Source: a virus (taxonomy: Duplodnaviria > Caudoviricetes). Taken from it: DNA of 30,103 nucleotides. The notes under the pieces were generated by a model that saw only the letters and a list, made by a program, of their open reading frames with translations, was not told the origin of the DNA and searched no databases. Each line of letters starts with the position of its first letter. The first letter of the stretch is position 1. The stretch lies in the IMG/VR virus record IMGVR_UViG_3300032212_000114, positions 1 through 30,103 of that record. The stretch is one strand, 5' to 3'. Both the position numbers and the translations under genes were made by a program. Shown here piece by piece: positions 25,219 to 30,103 of the stretch.

Positions 25219-27432
25219 TTAGTTGGCCTCTCCAATGGGGAGGCCTGATTCTTCAAAAAAATCCTTCATTATTTTGTAACCGCTACTCTGTTGATAGCGT
25301 TTTAACGCGGCCTTTAACTCATCGTTAACGGGTTCGCCATTGGCTATTTGCTGCTCGATTCTTGCCCATCTTCTGTGTCTATCCTGTGGGTTTTCTGCGT
25401 CGGCAATATCTAGCACGACTGGTTTAAAGGTATTGCTGGCGATCTGCTGTTTGATCTCTTTTTGGCGTGCGGTTTCTTCTGGTGCTGCTGGTTGCTGTGG
25501 TGCATCTAGCCCGGTGACTGATTTAATCGCTGGCGTGGTGTGTTCGGTTCCTGGCCGTGGAAAGGCGGTGATTTTTTCGCTCTGTTCAATGCGGTGCTGC
25601 AGCACCACTTGCGGAATATCATCGGTAAGCTGTTTTTTGTAATCGATATATTCCTTGCCTTGTTGCGTGAGGAATTTTTTCTGATGCGCCTTGATTGCGC
25701 TGGCTGCCTCTTTTCGTGAGGTGCCTAGCAACTCTGGACATTCTGCCCAGCAGATAAAGCGACCCGATATGTAGACAGCGAGACGACCGATATCTTGCTC
25801 ATCATATTTTATTGATGACTCTTTGCCGGTGTGCTCGAATAGCCTGGCATCAAAGTACCAGCGTTTATTAAACTTGATGCCTTTCTTGGTGATGGTGCGG
25901 GTGCCTGCTACTTCTGCAAGTAGCATGTCTAGCACGCGTTCATCTGAGATGCGGCGTACTGGTTTTGTCCATTCTGATGCCATTTGAAAAGGGGTTTTAC
26001 CGTTAAGGCCGCCATGTTCATCGTGCATGTAGACATGATCTGTCCATTGGTCTAGTGCGATCTGTAAATCATCGCTTGAGATTTTCACATCTACGACGGC
26101 TTCTTTATCCATGATGCGGCGGGCGAAGTCTTTGCGGGCTTCAATTACTTTTCTTTCTGCAACGTTGTGACCGATAAAGCCCGGCAATAAATCGAGTATG
26201 CCGTGCGACAGGGTACGCATGGCGCGCTCGATGGTGCCTTTCTCTTCTGATGCAAACGGTATGCAGACTTCGTGATTGACCTCTAGCGCTTCGGTGACGG
26301 CATCAATCTGTTTCGATACATAATCCTTACCATTATCAGTACGGATGGCCTCGGCAAGCCCCCACGCGATGACAGCACGGCGGAACACCTGACAGACGGC
26401 AGTGGCCTTTGAGGTCTTTGATACATAGAGTTTCATACGGCGGGTATACATGTCGATGGCGCCGACTACAGAGTGACGGCCGTCGGTTAACATCCAGTCA
26501 CCGGGGGTGCTGTCTAGCTCCCATAATTGATTCGGGTAAGTGATGTGGTCGTGATGTGATCCGACCGCCGCCATATAGATATTTTTCCATTGATCGGGGT
26601 TGGTGATCTTTGTCCAGAGCTGGGCATTGTCTGCTTTCCACGAGCTGATATAGCGATCGATCCCCTTGACCGATACGACATCAAGTGCTGGGTTGCTGGC
26701 TTCTATATAGGCCTTGATCTTTTTGCCCGTGATGTGCGGGTATTTGAACATCGAACCGAGGACGAGCTTTTTCAGCTCATCATTGCATTCAATTTTACTT
26801 TTGCCTTTGTTCTGGCCGTAGCTATCGACCAGCGCCATGATGCCCTTGTTGAATAGGTCATTTTCCCAGCGCTGAAGGCTGGCGGCGCTGAGGGTGTGAG
26901 TGCCGTTGTATTTGGGCATCTGCTCTCGCACCCACTGCGGTGGGTCGATGGTGTCTTTATCGAGCGTGTAATCATTGAACGCCTCGGCAAACTGGGCGCG
27001 GCTTGATTGCTTGGTGCCCCCGTGTGTGCGGCGATAGATGTTAAGGGCTTCGACTGTCCATTTACGTGCTTTGGCGCGTGTTTTTTTAGGGCCGTCTGGC
27101 AGGGCTGAAAAGTCTTTTAATGATTGTTCTTTTCTGGATAATCTCGCCTCGGTTGATTCCTTGACCGGCTGCATTATTTCATTGAGTGTGGTTTCGCCAG
27201 GTAGCGGCGTTGCTGCGCTCATGACGTTGACGGCCGCGACTGCTTGTTGGTGGCGTAGGTGCTTTTGGGTCTCTTTGGGCAGGCTGTCTATGTGGTATTC
27301 GCGGCCTTTCCCTTTTGCTCGCTTTCTGCTTTCCCACGATTCACGATCGGCAATCTTATTAATGCCTCGTGATGTACCAGGGAGCAGTGGCAAGCCAGCA
27401 AGATGAGCAGTGGTGAACCATTCCTGATTCAT
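25219..27432 (-). CDS. muA: DDE transposase (MuA-like)
   Basis: N-terminal Mu HTH (WFT..HLAGLP.LPGT.RGI...GREYHIDSLP); catalytic WELDSTPGD / IRTDNGKDY / EKGTIER. Confidence 0.95.
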   Translation of the reverse strand: MNQEWFTTAHLAGLPLLPGTSRGINKIADRESWESRKRAKGKGREYHIDSLPKETQKHLRHQQAVAAVNVMSAATPLPGETTLNEIMQPVKESTEARLSRKEQSLKDFSALPDGPKKTRAKARKWTVEALNIYRRTHGGTKQSSRAQFAEAFNDYTLDKDTIDPPQWVREQMPKYNGTHTLSAASLQRWENDLFNKGIMALVDSYGQNKGKSKIECNDELKKLVLGSMFKYPHITGKKIKAYIEASNPALDVVSVKGIDRYISSWKADNAQLWTKITNPDQWKNIYMAAVGSHHDHITYPNQLWELDSTPGDWMLTDGRHSVVGAIDMYTRRMKLYVSKTSKATAVCQVFRRAVIAWGLAEAIRTDNGKDYVSKQIDAVTEALEVNHEVCIPFASEEKGTIERAMRTLSHGILDLLPGFIGHNVAERKVIEARKDFARRIMDKEAVVDVKISSDDLQIALDQWTDHVYMHDEHGGLNGKTPFQMASEWTKPVRRISDERVLDMLLAEVAGTRTITKKGIKFNKRWYFDARLFEHTGKESSIKYDEQDIGRLAVYISGRFICWAECPELLGTSRKEAASAIKAHQKKFLTQQGKEYIDYKKQLTDDIPQVVLQHRIEQSEKITAFPRPGTEHTTPAIKSVTGLDAPQQPAAPEETARQKEIKQQIASNTFKPVVLDIADAENPQDRHRRWARIEQQIANGEPVNDELKAALKRYQQSSGYKIMKDFFEESGLPIGEAN

Positions 27433-27917
27433 TGGTCACCGTCCTGGTTAAATAGATCAAGTTCGGGTGCCTGGCTTTTACTGACATTCTCCCTGTGCCA
27501 TGCGAGCTGGCGCATAACGGCGTTTAAATTAATGATTGATTCGTTGATTTCACCACCGTCTTGATAAAACTTTATAAGGTGACTTACCGCCTCATTAAAC
27601 GACAGTTGAAGGTCGTTTATTTGGCCCTCATCCGCCTTTCGACCGGTGGGGATGTCAATTAGCAGCTTATGGTCTGAGGCTGCTAGATACTGGGTGATGA
27701 AGTCGATGCCGCAGGCGTTCTCGAACGGGCGAATCAAGATCGCTGGCATACGGCCATTTTCAAGCCATTTATAGAGGTTCCATTTATTGGATAAGCCCAT
27801 TAAATCGGCGATGTTAGCTACTGAGCGGTTGTGCTTAGCCAGTGCATGTTCCTGGCATAGTTCCTGCGCATGGCTCAGGCTATTGGGTTGGACTTTTTTC
27901 CAATTCCGTTTAGCCAT
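27429..27917 (-). CDS. Phage regulatory protein (HTH, CII-like)
   Basis: SVANIADLMG...LYKWLENGRMP..LIRPFENACG; ATGA overlap with the transposase start. Confidence 0.7.
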   Translation of the reverse strand: MAKRNWKKVQPNSLSHAQELCQEHALAKHNRSVANIADLMGLSNKWNLYKWLENGRMPAILIRPFENACGIDFITQYLAASDHKLLIDIPTGRKADEGQINDLQLSFNEAVSHLIKFYQDGGEINESIINLNAVMRQLAWHRENVSKSQAPELDLFNQDGDQ

Positions 27918-28032
27918 TGGAAGCCTCGTTTTTTGAGCGCTTCAAAACACGGCGCGCGAGTGCTCTATCGCGACGCTGGCGGGGCGTGAGATGATTCTCA
28001 CATCGACGAAACAGGAGGGTAATGACCATGCG

Positions 28033-28311
28033 CTATACGCCTCTATCTACAGCACTGCTGACGGTGGTATTCTGGGGGTATCGAGTTGGCCAGATAACAG
28101 AGGGGGTAACGCCAAGTGCTTCGGCGATAATGCGTTCACCTTTGGGCCAGTGTCGATTTAGTGCATGAGTGAGAGTGGTAGGGCTTTTATAACCATTACG
28201 TGTTGATAGCTTACGTAATGACAAGCCTGCTTTATGTAGGCCCGCGACGATATCGGCGCGGTGCCAGTCCTCAATCATTGCGCTTTTTTTTGTGGGCTTC
28301 TTTTTGCTCAT
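28033..28311 (-). CDS. ner: Ner-like transcriptional regulator
   Basis: DWHRADIVAGLHKAGLSLRKLS...TL..AL.RHWPKGERIIAEALGV.P..IWPTRY. Confidence 0.93.
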   Translation of the reverse strand: MSKKKPTKKSAMIEDWHRADIVAGLHKAGLSLRKLSTRNGYKSPTTLTHALNRHWPKGERIIAEALGVTPSVIWPTRYPQNTTVSSAVDRGV

Positions 28312-28319
28312 GGCTAAAT

Positions 28320-28348
28320 AAATTACGCAGAAGTGCGTGATATGTCAA
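28320..28348 (-). promoter_or_regulatory. Early lytic promoter Pe (sigma70)
   Basis: TTGACA (28348-28343), 17-nt spacer, TAATTT (28325-28320), 8 nt before the ner ATG. Confidence 0.72.
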
Positions 28349-28414
28349 GCATAAATGCGAGTTCCTTTTCGCACTTGTGGGTGTTTCGGTGTTTTATGGG
28401 TGTAATCGATTGAT

Positions 28415-28909
28415 ATGACTTGGAAAAATAAAGAAAAAGAACAGTGTAAAGAGAATGGGAACGGCGTTCCTTTTCTAACAAATGGAATCGGAACTCGCAT
28501 TTCTGATTCTTCAAGAGCTGTGGGTGGCAAAAAAAAACTCGCAGAAATGATAGGGATGTCAGAATCTCAACTACACCGGGTAATATCCGGTGAAAGCCAG
28601 TTGAAAGTCGAGGGACTTGCGGCCATTGCTCAGGCTACACAGCAATCTATTGCGTGGTTAGCGATAGGTAGACAGTCAAATATGGTCGCTGAGAGCGGTG
28701 CGGCGTATCAGTCGGGGAAGATGATTGTTAATACCGAGCTACTTCAGGAGGTGCTAGAAACCGTTGAAACCGTTCTGCAAGAGCGAGGGTGTGAACTCAA
28801 GCCAGATAAAAAATCAGAACTAATTTCCATTATTTATGAGGAATTTAGCCAGGAAGAAGGCGAGCCAGACACCAACAAGATTGTACGATTGATTAATCTG
28901 GCGAGCTAA
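28415..28909 (+). CDS. Prophage repressor (XRE HTH, no S24 peptidase domain)
   Basis: Divergent from ner; GGKKKLAEMIGMSESQLHRVISGES HTH, SIAWLAIG. Confidence 0.85.
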   Translation: MTWKNKEKEQCKENGNGVPFLTNGIGTRISDSSRAVGGKKKLAEMIGMSESQLHRVISGESQLKVEGLAAIAQATQQSIAWLAIGRQSNMVAESGAAYQSGKMIVNTELLQEVLETVETVLQERGCELKPDKKSELISIIYEEFSQEEGEPDTNKIVRLINLAS

Positions 28910-29111
28910 GCGCCTTCTCGTACTCGATATAGCTTTCGTTTCCTTTAAGGGCGGCGCCGATTATCTGAATTCTTTCTGCTTCAATTTCCGCCCGTTCTAT
29001 TTCACTTTCATGCATTGACTGGGTGTAATAGGCTTTGTATTCAGGTGCGATGATAAATCCAGTTAGTACAAAAAAAGCCGTTAGAAGCACATACTTAATA
29101 GTCATGCTCAA
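28893..29111 (-). CDS. Small membrane-anchored protein near the prophage left end
   Basis: GGAG SD; N-terminal transmembrane segment then a charged helix; AT-rich. Confidence 0.6.
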   Translation of the reverse strand: MSMTIKYVLLTAFFVLTGFIIAPEYKAYYTQSMHESEIERAEIEAERIQIIGAALKGNESYIEYEKALSSPD

Positions 29112-29501
29112 TCTCCATATATTTTTATTGTAAGCGTATACTTACAATATCGACTATAACGGAGTTCTGATTAATGACAGAAAGCTATTACTTATAGGAT
29201 AACGATGTGTACCCAGCTTAATATGAGGCCTGCGGTCATTAGAGACATAAAAATCAGCCTCACATCATCCTGACAACTGCATCGCTTCTGATAAGTGCTA
29301 GTTAGTAGGTGCTCTACCTTCTTCTTCATACGACTATTCATTCATTAAATGTATATTATTTAACCGATGGCGATCACTGTATAATTTTACACTAGAGTTT
29401 CAAACTACTTGTCCACGTGGTCATTTAGCGCATCAAAAGTGTGTCTCGCCGATTTTGGCGTAATTCATGCGCTAGCTAATTAAGTCGTTGTATTGTTTGA
29501 T

Positions 29502-29537
29502 TTTCCCGAAAAATCCCGGCCAATCCCGCTTAATCCC
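29502..29537. repeat. Four (A/T)(A/T)TCCC motifs at exact 10-bp spacing; candidate transposase-binding end sites
   Basis: tttccc 29502, aatccc 29512, 29522 and 29532, about 30 bp inside the predicted TG end. Confidence 0.6.
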
Positions 29538-29561
29538 ATATCTTTCATACTAAACGTCTAG

Positions 29562-30103
29562 TCACAGTTTCCGCTGTGTCTCTAGTTCATTTATCTTCTT
29601 GAGTGCTGGATCAGGGTTATCTAATTTGACTGCTAAGTCCATCGCCTTCGATATTTGTTTATTGATGTTCGCTACTTCTTGGCGAAACTCTTCAGCTGGG
29701 TCTTCAAGTAACGAGTTTGCTATCTCTTTGGTGGCCCCAGTAACTTTACTTACAAACTCGGGCGACACGATATCACCCAGCAGTTGTTCAGTGATCGCTT
29801 CATCCACTTTTTCTTTAATAAGCCAGCGTCCTTTTTTGCCTTGCCCAGGCCTGGTTCGATAGTGTTTATTACCGCTGCCAATCCAAAGTGCTCCTTCGGG
29901 TGTTTTCAATATTCCTGTTAATAAATAGCTTGAGGCCCCGGTTTTAGCCTCTGAGACCTTCTTCCCTATATGACTGTTTTCAAGTCGGCTGAGAATTTTT
30001 TCCGCTTCATCGTTGGAGATTAACGCATCGTGGGTGTTTTCATTGATAACCCATTCCTCTCTGGGGCGACGTTTGTTATTACCTTTGTATCCTTCACCCT
30101 TTT
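29562..30103 (-). pseudogene. Large serine recombinase (integrase), C-terminally truncated by the prophage; 5' part outside the window
   Basis: Frame open to the window edge: RRPREEWVINENTHDALISNDEAEKI...SYLLTGILKTPEG, then a coiled coil that stops abruptly at the junction. Confidence 0.75.

Larger units (their letters stand above)
1..29566 (-). mobile_element. Mu-like transposable prophage (contractile tail); left end near 29566, continues beyond position 1
   Basis: Mu-type order repressor/ner/A/B...gemA/C/lysin/gp25-29/F/I/T/gp36/sheath/tube/TMP. Minus strand begins TGTGAC at 29566, where the flanking recombinase ORF terminates. Confidence 0.95.

Noticed and set aside
468-27406. Numerous + strand ORFs of 60-150 aa in the ORF track
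   Set aside because: They are antisense shadows of well-supported minus-strand phage genes, with no recognisable motifs
28323-28530. Two minus-strand ORFs over the repressor 5' end
   Set aside because: Antisense to the repressor and across the promoter region, with no SD or motifs
29160-29460. Tiny ORFs (e.g. GGAG...MTESYYL*) in the AT-rich left-end region
   Set aside because: Too short to support; could be decayed sequence
1-30103. CRISPR array, tRNA, rRNA, reverse transcriptase/DGR, invertase
   Set aside because: No repeat-spacer array, cloverleaf or relevant catalytic motifs seen by eye

Overview
Almost the whole window (1 to ~29566) is a Mu-like transposable prophage with a contractile tail, read on the minus strand. 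From its left end (right side of the window) it carries: repressor and ner, DDE transposase A, ATPase B, early genes, gemA, a Mor/C-type activator, an amidase endolysin, an unusual five-gene fibre/LamG module, gp25/26, the terminase subunits, portal, three small accessory genes, a long MuF with a HEXXH C-terminal domain plus a small partner gene, protease/scaffold, decoration protein, major capsid, neck genes, sheath, tube, chaperone (with the Mu -2 frameshift site) and tape measure (runs off the window). The prophage appears to have inserted into and truncated a large serine recombinase gene. Most notable: a major capsid protein with a 53-aa signal-peptide-like leader, a probable MuF toxin/immunity pair, a fibre module where holin and spanins are expected, twin late promoters predicting leaderless mRNAs, a repeated A-[LVI]-N-x-A candidate protease motif, and a pseudoknotted intergenic RNA. 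Family assignments come from motif recognition and synteny, not from database searches.
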